A model generated the notes under the pieces. It made no database searches. It was not told the DNA's origin and worked only from the letters and a program-made list of their open reading frames with translations. From assembly GCA_041946735.1 (NCBI GenBank), contig JBHGAY010000005.1:96001-160000 (forward strand): a stretch of 64,000 bases of DNA, given 5' to 3'. Below are positions 9,929-19,196 of this stretch, piece by piece; position 1 is the stretch's first letter, and every line of letters begins with the position of its first letter. Both the position numbers and the translations under genes were made by a program. The DNA comes from Candidatus Eiseniibacteriota bacterium. Its GTDB lineage: Bacteria > Eisenbacteria > RBG-16-71-46 > CAIMUX01 > VGJL01.

Positions 9929-11256
9929 GCGACTCGCCTCCTTTCGGACGTCTCGATCGAAGGAACGCGACCGGCGAGGACGCGGGCGAAAGCCGCGGCG
10001 ACGGCCCTGGCGCTCTCTTCCCATTCGAACCGGCCGGCGCGGGCGAGCCCGGCCGCCGTCATCGACCGGCGCAGGCCGGCGTCCCCCGCGATTCTCTCCA
10101 GCGCGGCGGCGATCTCCTCGATCGACGCGGGGTCGAAGCGCAGGAGCGCTTCCCCTCCGACCTCGGGTAGGCTCGACGCGTTCGATCCGAGGACGGGACA
10201 GCCGCACGCCATCGATTCCAGCACGGGGAAGCCGAACCCCTCGTAGAACGACGCGTCGACGCTGGCGAGCGCCCCGCCGTAGAGCAGGCGGATCTGCTCG
10301 CGCGAGAGAAAGCCGGGGAAGCGGACCCGCTCCTCGATCCCATGCATGCGCGAGCGGCGCCGCAGCTCCTCCACGTACTCCCCGTTGCCGCCGGCGCCGA
10401 TCCGCCCGGTCAGCACGAGGCTCGGCGCGGGGGCGCGGCTTCCGGCGCCGAACGCGCGCGCGAAGGCTTCCAAGATCCCGTGCGCGTTCTTGCGGGGCAG
10501 CAGTCCGGCGGTCGAGAGGAAGTACGGGCGCCGGATGCCGAGATCGCGGAGGCAATGCTGGAGCGCCGGCTCCTCGTGCGCGCCGAGCGGGCGGAAGATC
10601 GGCTCGCAGCCGTTCGGGATCGCTTCGATCCTCTCGCGCGGGACTGCGAGACGCGATTCGAGGTCGCGAGCCGACGCTTGCGAGACGGTGAGGACGAGAT
10701 CCGCCCGGCGCGCGCTGACGCGAAGCAGGGTGTGGTAGACGGCGCGCCGGGCGAGAGTCGCTTCGCGGGCGAAGACGAGAGGGATGACGTCGTGCATCGT
10801 GACGACGTGAGGGCGGTCCTTCCAGAGCGGAAGGACGAAGACGGGCGACCAGAGCAGGTCGCAGCCGTCGCGCACGATCGCGCGCGGCAGCAGCACCTGC
10901 TCGAAGAGCAGGTTCCCCGCGCGGCGGCCGACCGGCCGGCCGAGATCGCGCGTGACGACATTCGCTCCGCCCGGCGGAATCGTTCCCGGCTCGCGCTTCG
11001 CCCAATAGAGGTGGAAGGTGGCGGCGGGACAGAGGCGCGAGAGGCGCTCGACCAGCTGCCGCGTGTAGATTCCCGGGCCGGTCTCCACCGTCCCGATCGA
11101 GCGGGCGTCGATCGCGATGCGGCGGCCGGCCAGCTCGCCGGCTCCAGCGGCGACATCGGCCGCGGCGACATCGGCCGCGGCGACCGCGGCGGCAGCGACA
11201 TCGACGGCGGGGGCATCGGCGACGCGGGCGACGTCCTCGGCGTCTCGCGAGGTCAC
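9925..11256 (-). CDS. Glycosyltransferase family 4 (MtfB/WbpY-like)
   Basis: IAIDAR, TGPGIYT, VVTMHDVIP, PRKN, SFYEGFGFPVLESMACGCPV..SN.SSLPEV. Confidence 0.92.
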   Translation of the reverse strand: MTSRDAEDVARVADAPAVDVAAAAVAAADVAAADVAAGAGELAGRRIAIDARSIGTVETGPGIYTRQLVERLSRLCPAATFHLYWAKREPGTIPPGGANVVTRDLGRPVGRRAGNLLFEQVLLPRAIVRDGCDLLWSPVFVLPLWKDRPHVVTMHDVIPLVFAREATLARRAVYHTLLRVSARRADLVLTVSQASARDLESRLAVPRERIEAIPNGCEPIFRPLGAHEEPALQHCLRDLGIRRPYFLSTAGLLPRKNAHGILEAFARAFGAGSRAPAPSLVLTGRIGAGGNGEYVEELRRRSRMHGIEERVRFPGFLSREQIRLLYGGALASVDASFYEGFGFPVLESMACGCPVLGSNASSLPEVGGEALLRFDPASIEEIAAALERIAGDAGLRRSMTAAGLARAGRFEWEESARAVAAAFARVLAGRVPSIETSERRRVA

Positions 11257-12098
11257 GGCAGCCTCCGGAAGACGCCGGTCACGTTCATGAGCCACCACGG
11301 ACCGAAGCGCTCCTCGAGCGCGCGCCAGGGGGCCTCCCAGACCGGCTCGAGGAAGCGGGCGTGCAGGCGGTCGATCGAGCGCAGCGCCGCGCTCCGCTCG
11401 AGCGGGAGCCGCGAGGAGACCTTCCGCCACGGCCAGCGGGCGAGCGCCGAGTAGCGCTCGTACCCCCATCCGGAAAGGCGGAGCAGCTCGAGCGGCAACC
11501 CGAGGACGAGCCGCTCGATCTCGCGCGGCGTGTACTCGCGTTCCCAGCCCCAAGGCCAATCCCCCCGCCGCATCCGGAGCCGTTTGCGCAGCGTGTAGAG
11601 GTTGTACCGTTGCGGGACGTCCACCACCAGGATCCCGCCGGGACGGAGCAGCCGCACGTTCTCGGCGAGCAGCGGCCGTGGGTTTGCGAAATGCTCCAGC
11701 AGTCCCTGATGGAACAGGACGTCGAACGTCCCGCCGGCGAACGGAGCGCGGAAGCCATCCCCGCGATGCAGGTGCACCCGACGGGGAAAAAGCCGCCCGA
11801 CCCGGCGCGCATGCTCGGCGGCCGTCGCGGCGGCGTCGAGCGCGTGGAACTCCGCCTCGCACCGGGCGGCGAGCCAGCAGGAATCGATCGTCGATCCGGC
11901 GCCGACCTCGAGCACGCGGCGGGCCTCCGTCTCGGCGATCGCCTCGAGAAGGACCGCGTAGAGCGGGCGCTTCAGGTGCACCTGGTGCTCGATGTCGCGC
12001 ATCAGGCGCGCGTCGTCGGCCGCAAGCCGCCAGAAGGCGGCGTGGTCGGGGATCCGCTCGTCACCGCCTCGCGGGGCCTCGGCTAGAGCTGCACGCAC
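11253..12098 (-). CDS. Class I SAM-dependent methyltransferase
   Basis: VLEVGAG motif I, FDVLFHQGLLEHF, LLRPGG; GTG start at 12098 after a GGAGGAGG run (start inferred). Confidence 0.85.
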   Translation of the reverse strand: MRAALAEAPRGGDERIPDHAAFWRLAADDARLMRDIEHQVHLKRPLYAVLLEAIAETEARRVLEVGAGSTIDSCWLAARCEAEFHALDAAATAAEHARRVGRLFPRRVHLHRGDGFRAPFAGGTFDVLFHQGLLEHFANPRPLLAENVRLLRPGGILVVDVPQRYNLYTLRKRLRMRRGDWPWGWEREYTPREIERLVLGLPLELLRLSGWGYERYSALARWPWRKVSSRLPLERSAALRSIDRLHARFLEPVWEAPWRALEERFGPWWLMNVTGVFRRLP

Positions 12099-13090
12099 GA
12101 GTCCTCCTCCTCCTCGGGCCCGCCCGCCTCGGACGCCGGTTGTTCCGGAACGGGACGATCGAGCGCCACGAACGCGCGGCGCATCCAGCGCAGCTTGGCT
12201 GCCGCGGCGGCGTCGCGCAGAAGGCAAGAACGCGCCAAGGCCCTCGCCATGCGCGGAAGGAGCGAAAGGCGCAAGGCGAGGGCCAGCGCGACGGCGAAGG
12301 GGAGCCCGAAGCGCTTGCGCGCGTAGAGAACCTGGCTCCGCATCCCCTCGATCCGGGTCCGCCCTCCGTCCCTCCCGGGATTGCGCCGTGAGGATTGCGC
12401 GACGGAATGCGCGAGCGAGACGCCGCGGTGGCGGGCGATCCGGAATCCGTGGATGCGGAGGCGATGGCAGAGGTCGACGTCTTCCCGATAGAGGAAGAAC
12501 GATTCGTCGAAGGCGCCGGCCCGCTCGAGCGCGTCGCGGCGCAGGAACAGGCACGCTCCGGCGAGCCAGTCGGTCTCGTGCAGCTCCGGGCCGAGGAGGC
12601 GGCCGACGTCGTGGAGCCGTCCCGGGTCGCGCGGAGCGAGCAGGGCGTAGCGCAGCAGTCGTGCGCGCGTCGGGAAGCGGTCGTCGTATTCCCAGATGGA
12701 GCCGTCGCCGCGGAGGAGCAACGGGGCGAGCGCGCCGATGTCGGGGCGGGCCGCGAGGACTCCGGCGCACGCGCGGAGCGCCCGCGGCTCGATCGCGACG
12801 TCCGGATTCAAGATGCAGACGATGGAGGCGCGGGTGGCGGCGATCCCTTGGTTGGCGGCGCGGGCGAAACCCAGGTTCGCGCGGTTGGCGATCCGCACCG
12901 CCCAGGGATGTGCGCGCTCGACCAGGGCGGCGCTGCCGTCGCTCGAGGCGTTGTCGACCACCACCACTTCGGCCTCTCCGCCGATGGCGAGGGGACGGAG
13001 GGCGGAGAGCGCTTCGTCGAGGAGATCCGCGGTGTTCCAGTTCACCAGGACGTAGGCGACTCGCGGAGCGAGGCGGTCGCGGGGCGTCAT
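12083..13090 (-). CDS. Glycosyltransferase family 2 (WbbL/rhamnosyltransferase-like)
   Basis: VNWNT, VVDNASSDGS, NLGFARAANQG, LNPD, GACL, FDESFFLYREDVDLC. Confidence 0.92.
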   Translation of the reverse strand: MTPRDRLAPRVAYVLVNWNTADLLDEALSALRPLAIGGEAEVVVVDNASSDGSAALVERAHPWAVRIANRANLGFARAANQGIAATRASIVCILNPDVAIEPRALRACAGVLAARPDIGALAPLLLRGDGSIWEYDDRFPTRARLLRYALLAPRDPGRLHDVGRLLGPELHETDWLAGACLFLRRDALERAGAFDESFFLYREDVDLCHRLRIHGFRIARHRGVSLAHSVAQSSRRNPGRDGGRTRIEGMRSQVLYARKRFGLPFAVALALALRLSLLPRMARALARSCLLRDAAAAAKLRWMRRAFVALDRPVPEQPASEAGGPEEEEDSCVQL

Positions 13091-14709
13091 GGCGTGGGCT
13101 CCGCGAGAAGCGCGCCGGCGGCCCGGGGCGTCGGCTCAGGCGCTTGCGCGCTGCGCGCGACGGGCACGGGCGCGGCAGGCGCGTTGCGAACCACTGGCGC
13201 GGCGAGCGTGACGGCCGTGGCGGTCACGGCCGGCGCCGTCGCGGTCGCGGGCACGGCGGTCCGCGCGGCGCACGCGCAGCGCCTCGCCTCCGCCGTCCCG
13301 AGGACGAGTCCCGTCCAGGCGCAGCCGACATAGTGGGTGAGCCACGGAGCGGTCAGCGAGATCGCGAGGATCGCGACGAAGCCGGAGAGGAGCCCGGCCG
13401 CGAGGGCCTTCTCTTCCTCGTCAGGCGCGGCGCGCAGCCAGCCGGCGAACGCGGCGCTCCCGAGAGCGAGCAGCGCGCCGATCACGAGCGCGCCGGCCAG
13501 CCCGAGCTTCAGGAGGTAATGCGCGTAGCTGTTGTGGATGTACTCCCACTCCCGGAAGCCGTGCGCCTCGGGCGAGTAGAAGACGTAGGTGCCTCCCCAT
13601 CCGGTGCCGAACCACGGGGAACTGCGAAGCGCCTCCTTCACCCCCTCGGTCTCGGCGAGCCGTTCGAGCGCGGAGGTGTCCGGGCGGCCGGCGAGAAGTC
13701 CGCCGAGGCGCCCGCCGATCGGCTCCCAGAGCGCCCGCAGGGAGAAGCCTTCCACCATCCTCTGGACGACAAGAACGACGCAGGCGGCGGCGGTGGCGAA
13801 GCCGCACAGCTCCGCGAGGGCGGCGATTCCTTTGCGCGGCGGCCGGCAGAGGAGGAGCGCGGCGAGGCCGGCGGCGAGGCCGAGCCAGTAGCTCCGGGTC
13901 AGCGAGATCGCGAGGGCGAGGAAGAGCGGGGTGAGCGCGAACCATATCGCCACCCGTGCGCCGGCCCGGCGGATCCGGGGCGCGTTCGCGAGCAGCAGGA
14001 GAATCGCGAGGACGGGGAAGATCTCTCCGCCGTGCGCGATGACCCGCTTCGCGCCGCTGCTGTTCATGACGCGGGTCGCGAGGATCCGCTGCTCCTCTCC
14101 GCCCGGGATGCCGAGCGGAACGGAGGCGTAGACGAACAGGACCTTCACCGCGGTCGCCACGCTGACGGCGATCAGCGCGGCGAAGACGACCCGGTGCGTG
14201 AGACGCCAACCGCGCGCCGAAGCCGCCCCACCGTCCGTTCGAGTCCCCATCGCGCCGCGCGCGAGGGCGTAGGTCACGAGCAGGTAGAGGGGCGGGCGCA
14301 GCTCCGAGCGAAGGAGAGGGAAGTCTGCCCCGCGAGCGATCCCGCGATAGGCGCCGAAGAGGACCAGCGCGGCGAACGCGGCGAACGCGATATCGAGGCG
14401 CGTGGCGCGGAGCGATCCGCCGCCCGCGATCCAGCGCGCGGCCGCGCCGGCGCCCGCCGCGAGAAGGACGAGGTCCGCCTCGACGATCTCGACTCCGAGG
14501 CGCAGCCGCAGGATCGAGTCGGATCCGAGGAGGGCGATCCCGGCGAGGATCGTGACGAGGCCCACCGCCGGACTGCGCATCGACAGCAGGATCAGCGCGG
14601 TCCCGCCTGCCGCTCCGGCCGCGACGAGCGGGCGCCACGCGGCCAGGCCGGCGATCGCGAGCGAGCCGGCCGCGAAGAGGACGCAGGCGAGCGCGCGGCC
14701 GCGGGTCAT
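13087..14709 (-). CDS. O-antigen polymerase/ligase-family membrane protein (Wzy_C)
   Basis: Multi-TM; SLTRSYW, R..E, PWFGTGWG, HNSY...LLKLGLAG motifs; ATG 14709 overlaps the flippase stop. Confidence 0.85.
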   Translation of the reverse strand: MTRGRALACVLFAAGSLAIAGLAAWRPLVAAGAAGGTALILLSMRSPAVGLVTILAGIALLGSDSILRLRLGVEIVEADLVLLAAGAGAAARWIAGGGSLRATRLDIAFAAFAALVLFGAYRGIARGADFPLLRSELRPPLYLLVTYALARGAMGTRTDGGAASARGWRLTHRVVFAALIAVSVATAVKVLFVYASVPLGIPGGEEQRILATRVMNSSGAKRVIAHGGEIFPVLAILLLLANAPRIRRAGARVAIWFALTPLFLALAISLTRSYWLGLAAGLAALLLCRPPRKGIAALAELCGFATAAACVVLVVQRMVEGFSLRALWEPIGGRLGGLLAGRPDTSALERLAETEGVKEALRSSPWFGTGWGGTYVFYSPEAHGFREWEYIHNSYAHYLLKLGLAGALVIGALLALGSAAFAGWLRAAPDEEEKALAAGLLSGFVAILAISLTAPWLTHYVGCAWTGLVLGTAEARRCACAARTAVPATATAPAVTATAVTLAAPVVRNAPAAPVPVARSAQAPEPTPRAAGALLAEPTP

Positions 14710-16235
14710 CGGCCGGCTCCGGCGGCGCGGCTGCGCGCCGGCTCCTTGCCGGGGGCCCCGCAGTCCCCTTGGCGGACCCACCCGAGGCGCTCGAGAAGGC
14801 GGCGGGACCGGCCCGCGCCGGCGTTCGCCGCGAGCCACTCGCGATCGATCGGGCGGATCCCGCCGAGGGCGATCCAGATCGTCGCGTAGATCGCGCCGCC
14901 GAGGAACAAGCGCGGGAGCGGCGGCGCGCCCAGCGGCCCGACGATCGCCGCAGCGAGGAACGCCGCCGGAACGGCCGGGAGGAGCGATTCGCCGAGGACC
15001 ACCGCGCCGAAGCGATCGCGCAGAAGCCACAGGTTGCGTCCCACGACGAGCGCCTGCGTGGCCACGGCGGCGAGAGCCGCTCCGCGCAAGCCGGCCCGCG
15101 GGATCAGGAGCAGAGCGGCGGCGACGCTCGCGGCGAGGCCGATCGCCTCGCTCAGCAGCACCTGGCGCGCCCGGCCGAGCGCGTACAGCGCGCCGCCCGC
15201 GATGTGGTTCAGCGACAGGAGGGGCAGGCAGGCGACCAGTATCGCGAGGCAGGGGCCGGCCGTGGCGTAGTCCGGTCCGTAGACCCAGTCGATCCATCGT
15301 CCCGCATCGAACGCGAGGAGCGTCGCGAAGGGGATCGTGACGGCGAGAAGCCCGTGCGAGGCGAGCCGGCAGCTCGACGTGAACGAGGCGCCGGAGCGGT
15401 CGGCCGCGCGCGAGAGGATCGGATAGATCGCGGCGGCGACGCTCCCGGGGATGAGGATCCACAGGTCGACGACCTTGAAGGTCGCCGCGTACAGCCCGGT
15501 CGCGTGATCGTCGAGCAGCGCGGGCAGCAGCATCACGTTCATGCGGAAGTAGAGCGCGAAGAGGATCCCGGCGACGCCGAAGGAGGCGGAGCGCCGAAGC
15601 ATCGTGCCGACGAGGCGCCAGCGGAAGGTCAGGAAGCGGACCCGGCGGCGGCGCACGAGCGCCAGCCCGGCGAGCGCCCCGCAAAAGGAGGAGACGATCA
15701 TCGCTCCCGCGATTCCCGGCACTCCGAGGCCGCCGCGCAACGCCGCGTAGCCGAGCGCGACGCGTAGAAGATTCGTCGATGCCTCGACGATCACTCGCGG
15801 GGCGAACTCTTCCCGCGAGGAGAGGACCGCCAGACCGCAGCTACCGAGCAGCGAGAAGAGCGTCCCGGCCGCCATGAGCCCGACGGCGAGGCGGACGTCG
15901 GCCGCCTGGTGGAGCAGGAACGCGAGCGGGAGCAACGTGAGCATGCCGCAGGCCCAGAGCAGGGCGCGGGTCAGCATCGAAGCGGTGAAGACCTCCGAGC
16001 TTCCCCAAGGATCGCGCGCCATCTCGCGAATCGCGTGGAGGTCGATCCCGAAGGCGGCCCCGATCGAGAGGTAGGAGGCGAGCGCGACGGCGAGGGAGTA
16101 TTGCCCGAAGCGGTCGGTTCCCAGCTCGCGCGCCGCGAAGACGACGAAGGCGAGCGAGAATGCCTGGGTCGCGAGACGGCCGGACAGAATCCAGACCGAG
16201 TTGCGCGAGGCCCTCCGCATCGTCTTCCTGTCCAT
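14706..16235 (-). CDS. wzx: Polysaccharide flippase (Wzx/MOP family)
   Basis: RNSVW, ARELG...FGQYS, GLYAA, many hydrophobic segments; GGAGGAG before ATG 16235. Confidence 0.9.
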   Translation of the reverse strand: MDRKTMRRASRNSVWILSGRLATQAFSLAFVVFAARELGTDRFGQYSLAVALASYLSIGAAFGIDLHAIREMARDPWGSSEVFTASMLTRALLWACGMLTLLPLAFLLHQAADVRLAVGLMAAGTLFSLLGSCGLAVLSSREEFAPRVIVEASTNLLRVALGYAALRGGLGVPGIAGAMIVSSFCGALAGLALVRRRRVRFLTFRWRLVGTMLRRSASFGVAGILFALYFRMNVMLLPALLDDHATGLYAATFKVVDLWILIPGSVAAAIYPILSRAADRSGASFTSSCRLASHGLLAVTIPFATLLAFDAGRWIDWVYGPDYATAGPCLAILVACLPLLSLNHIAGGALYALGRARQVLLSEAIGLAASVAAALLLIPRAGLRGAALAAVATQALVVGRNLWLLRDRFGAVVLGESLLPAVPAAFLAAAIVGPLGAPPLPRLFLGGAIYATIWIALGGIRPIDREWLAANAGAGRSRRLLERLGWVRQGDCGAPGKEPARSRAAGAGR

Positions 16236-16415
16236 GCTCCTCCCGGACGTCCTGGCCGGAACGGCCATCCGCCCGCGCGCGAGCGACCCGTCGGGCCGCG
16301 CCGACGGCGCAGCCAGGGCGTTCCTCCCCGGCCCTCTTGGCCGGGGCGCGCGGTTTCCTCTCCTCCCCTGGTTTCGGCAGATCGGCCGGGCGAGAACATC
16401 CGAAAGAAATCGACG

Positions 16416-16433
16416 GTTGCGACCGAACGCAAC
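16416..16433. promoter_or_regulatory. Palindrome GTTGCG-N6-CGCAAC in the divergent wzx/wecA intergenic region
   Basis: Perfect 6-bp inverted repeat; a related motif occurs at 38923-38953. Confidence 0.3.
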
Positions 16434-16629
16434 GGATTGCGCGCCGCTTCCCGGACCTCAAGGAGCGGACGATTCCACCGATAGTGTGAGGGAGTGGACT
16501 TCCCGGGAGGGAATGCCGGGGGCCACGGCAGGAAGCATCGAGGAAAGGAAGGTTCGAGGAGAGGATCCGAGGACCCCGGATGGGGAGCGGCCGCGAGGGA
16601 CGAAGGATGGCGAGGGTTTGGCCGGTGGC

Positions 16630-17913
16630 ATGGACGCCTTCTGTTTGAGCTTCTGCGTCGCGATCGCGACGACGCTCGTTCTTACCCCCGCGGCCGCCAG
16701 GCTTGCCCGCCTCCGCCGCATCGTCGACGTTCCCGGAGGCCGCAAGACGCATTCCCGCCTGACACCGCTCCTCGGTGGCCTGTCGATCTTCCTTGGCGCC
16801 GCGATCCCGACCGCCTTCTTCCTGCTGCACGCCGGCGCCGCCGCCTCAGGCGGCCGGCCGTGGCTCGTGGCCGCCGCCGGCGCCGTGCTCGTTCTCTGTC
16901 TCGGGATCTGGGATGACGCGCGTGACCTTCGGCCGCGGCGCAAGCTCGCCGCGCAGCTCGCCATCGCGCTGCTGGTCGGCGTGGCTGGCGCGCGCGTCGC
17001 GGCGATCGATCTCCCCGGCTCCGTGCGGCTCGGCCTCGGCGTCGCGTCGCTGCCTTTGACCGTCCTCTGGATCACCGCGTCGATGAACGCGTGGAACCTG
17101 ATCGACGGGATGGACGGGCTCGCGGCGGGGCTCGCCGCTCTCGCCGCCGGCCTGCTCGGCTGGCGCGCGGCCGCCGCGGGCGAGATGGCCTGCGCGGTCC
17201 TCTACCTGTCGCTTGCCGGAGCGTGCCTGGCCTTCCTGCGCCACAACTTCCATCCGGCGTCGATCTTCATGGGGGACTGTGGAAGCCTCTTCCTCGGCTA
17301 CGTCTTCGCCGTCGGTCCGTTGATGGCCGGGCAGCGGGTGGCGGGACACGGCGCGACAGGATACGGCGCGACGGGATACGGCGCGGCGGGATATGCCGCG
17401 ACGGGATACGCAGGGGAGGGCGCGGCGCTCGATGCCGCCATTCCGATGCTGATCCTGCTCTTGCCGATCGCCGACATGACGGCCGCGGTCGTGCGGCGCG
17501 CGCGCCTGTTCGCGCGCGTGCGCGCCGCCTGGGGAATGCCGACCTGGGATGTGATCCGGATGGTCGGCGCTGCTGACCGCCGCCACGTCCACCATCTGCT
17601 GCTCGCGCGCGGTCTCGGCCAGCGTCGTGCGGCCATCGCGCTCTATGGAGTCGCCCTTCTGCTCGGCGGCGTGGCGATGGCGCGCGGGCCGATCGCGTTC
17701 CAGTGGGCCGCGCTCGCCGCCGGCCCTCTCGCTCTCGGCATCTTTCTCTTGCGGCTCGGCTGCGCGACACCCGGATCGGCGTCGCGCGCGAGAGCCGCGA
17801 CGGCACCGGGTGCGCCCATCGCCGCGACGCCGCCCCCGATGGCCGGCCTGCGCCGGCCCCGCCCGCGCCAGCCTCGCCCCCACCAGCCCGACGAGCGACG
17901 CTCCGCCGCGTGA
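16630..17913 (+). CDS. wecA: Undecaprenyl-phosphate GlcNAc-1-phosphate transferase (WecA/TagO, MraY-like)
   Basis: VDVPGGRKTH..TPLLGG, GIWDD, NAWNLIDGMDGLA, NFHPASIFMGDCGS, ADRRHVHH. Confidence 0.92.
   Translation: MDAFCLSFCVAIATTLVLTPAAARLARLRRIVDVPGGRKTHSRLTPLLGGLSIFLGAAIPTAFFLLHAGAAASGGRPWLVAAAGAVLVLCLGIWDDARDLRPRRKLAAQLAIALLVGVAGARVAAIDLPGSVRLGLGVASLPLTVLWITASMNAWNLIDGMDGLAAGLAALAAGLLGWRAAAAGEMACAVLYLSLAGACLAFLRHNFHPASIFMGDCGSLFLGYVFAVGPLMAGQRVAGHGATGYGATGYGAAGYAATGYAGEGAALDAAIPMLILLLPIADMTAAVVRRARLFARVRAAWGMPTWDVIRMVGAADRRHVHHLLLARGLGQRRAAIALYGVALLLGGVAMARGPIAFQWAALAAGPLALGIFLLRLGCATPGSASRARAATAPGAPIAATPPPMAGLRRPRPRQPRPHQPDERRSAA
17343..17412 (+). repeat. 15-bp in-frame tandem repeat (about 4.5 copies; GYGAT) inside wecA
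   Basis: ggga[ct]acggcgcgac units encoding GHGAT-GYGAT-GYGAA-GYAAT-GYA. Confidence 0.85.
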
Positions 17914-17963
17914 CGGGGAAAAGTCCCCAGCTCCAGATCGCCGATCGTCTGCCGCCATCCGAA

Positions 17964-17972
17964 TGTTAAAAT
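17964..17972 (+). promoter_or_regulatory. Extended -10 element TGTTAAAAT, probable leaderless transcript
   Basis: TGn-TAAAAT ends 6 nt before ATG 17979; no Shine-Dalgarno. Confidence 0.5.
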
Positions 17973-17978
17973 CGATGC

Positions 17979-19181
17979 ATGGCGAAACGCTCGCGGCTGC
18001 TCCCCCTCCTCCCCGCGATCCTCGGGATGGTCGTCCTCCTGATCCAGACCGCGCTGCCCGGTTGCCCGACGAAGCCTGCCGTCGCCGAGGAGCCGGAGCA
18101 TCCGGCGGAGTCCCCGGAGGACGGCGCGAATCTCGAGATCCGCCCGGGCGCGGAGATCGAGTCGCTTCTCGCCGCGGCTCCCGACGGCGGCACCGTCCGC
18201 CTCGCACGCGCCCGCTACCGGCTGAGCCGCTCCCTCGAGATCCGCCGCCCGGTCCATCTCCTCGGCGAGGACGGCACGGTCCTCGAGATGCAGCCGGGCG
18301 CCTCGACGAGCCTCTTCGACGTCCGTGACGTCGACGCGCGGGAAGACGGAGGGCCGGTCGTGATCGAGAGGATGATGCTCTCCGGCAATCGCGAAGCGCA
18401 GCGAGGAGGCAGCGGCATCCTGCTGCTCTCCTGCGCCGGGTGCATCGTTCGCGACGTCACGATCCGCTCCTTCTGGCAGGACGGCCTCTACGCCTCCGAC
18501 GCCCGCGAATGTCTCTTCGAGCGGATCATTCTCGAGGACTGCGGGCGCAACGGCCTCTCGTTCGGCGAGCGGATCGTCGAGCCGGCGAGCGAAGGAAACC
18601 GCATCCTAGGGGCGGCGGCGCGCGACAACGCGAGCATCGGATTCGACGTCGAGCCGGGGATCGGCAACCGGTTCGAGGATTGCGTCGCGACGGGGAACGG
18701 GAGCTACGGCTTTTCCGTCGGGGCGGGAGCGCGCAGCCACGGCAACGCTCTCGTGCGATGCCGGGCAGAAAGGAACGGCGACCACGGCATCAATCTCTGG
18801 AGCGGGGAAAACGAGGTCCTCTCGTGCGAATCGCGCCGCAACGCGGGCGACGGGATCTCGATCGTGCTCGCGGCCGGCAACACGATCTCCGATTGCGCCG
18901 CATCCGAGAACGGCCGCCATGGGATCGGCCTGGACCGCGCCAGCGGCTCGCTCCTCCGCGCCAACCTCGCCGAATCCAACGGACGAACCGGCCTCGGCGA
19001 CGGCATCGCGCTCGTCGCCGGAACGCCGGTCTACGACAATCTCCTGACCGGCAATCTCGTGCGCGGCGACTCCCACCGCTACGCGCTGGTCGTGACGGCG
19101 AAGGTGCTTCGCACCGTCCTCGAGGGGAATAGCTTCGAAGGCCCCCTCTCCGTGGCCGCGCGCGACGTCACCTGGCGCTGA
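17979..19181 (+). CDS. Exported right-handed parallel beta-helix protein (pectin-lyase-like fold)
   Basis: Hydrophobic signal region; repeated N..(D/H)GI and C.A..N rungs. Confidence 0.85.
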   Translation: MAKRSRLLPLLPAILGMVVLLIQTALPGCPTKPAVAEEPEHPAESPEDGANLEIRPGAEIESLLAAAPDGGTVRLARARYRLSRSLEIRRPVHLLGEDGTVLEMQPGASTSLFDVRDVDAREDGGPVVIERMMLSGNREAQRGGSGILLLSCAGCIVRDVTIRSFWQDGLYASDARECLFERIILEDCGRNGLSFGERIVEPASEGNRILGAAARDNASIGFDVEPGIGNRFEDCVATGNGSYGFSVGAGARSHGNALVRCRAERNGDHGINLWSGENEVLSCESRRNAGDGISIVLAAGNTISDCAASENGRHGIGLDRASGSLLRANLAESNGRTGLGDGIALVAGTPVYDNLLTGNLVRGDSHRYALVVTAKVLRTVLEGNSFEGPLSVAARDVTWR

Positions 19182-19196
19182 CCGGGACGGCCGGGT

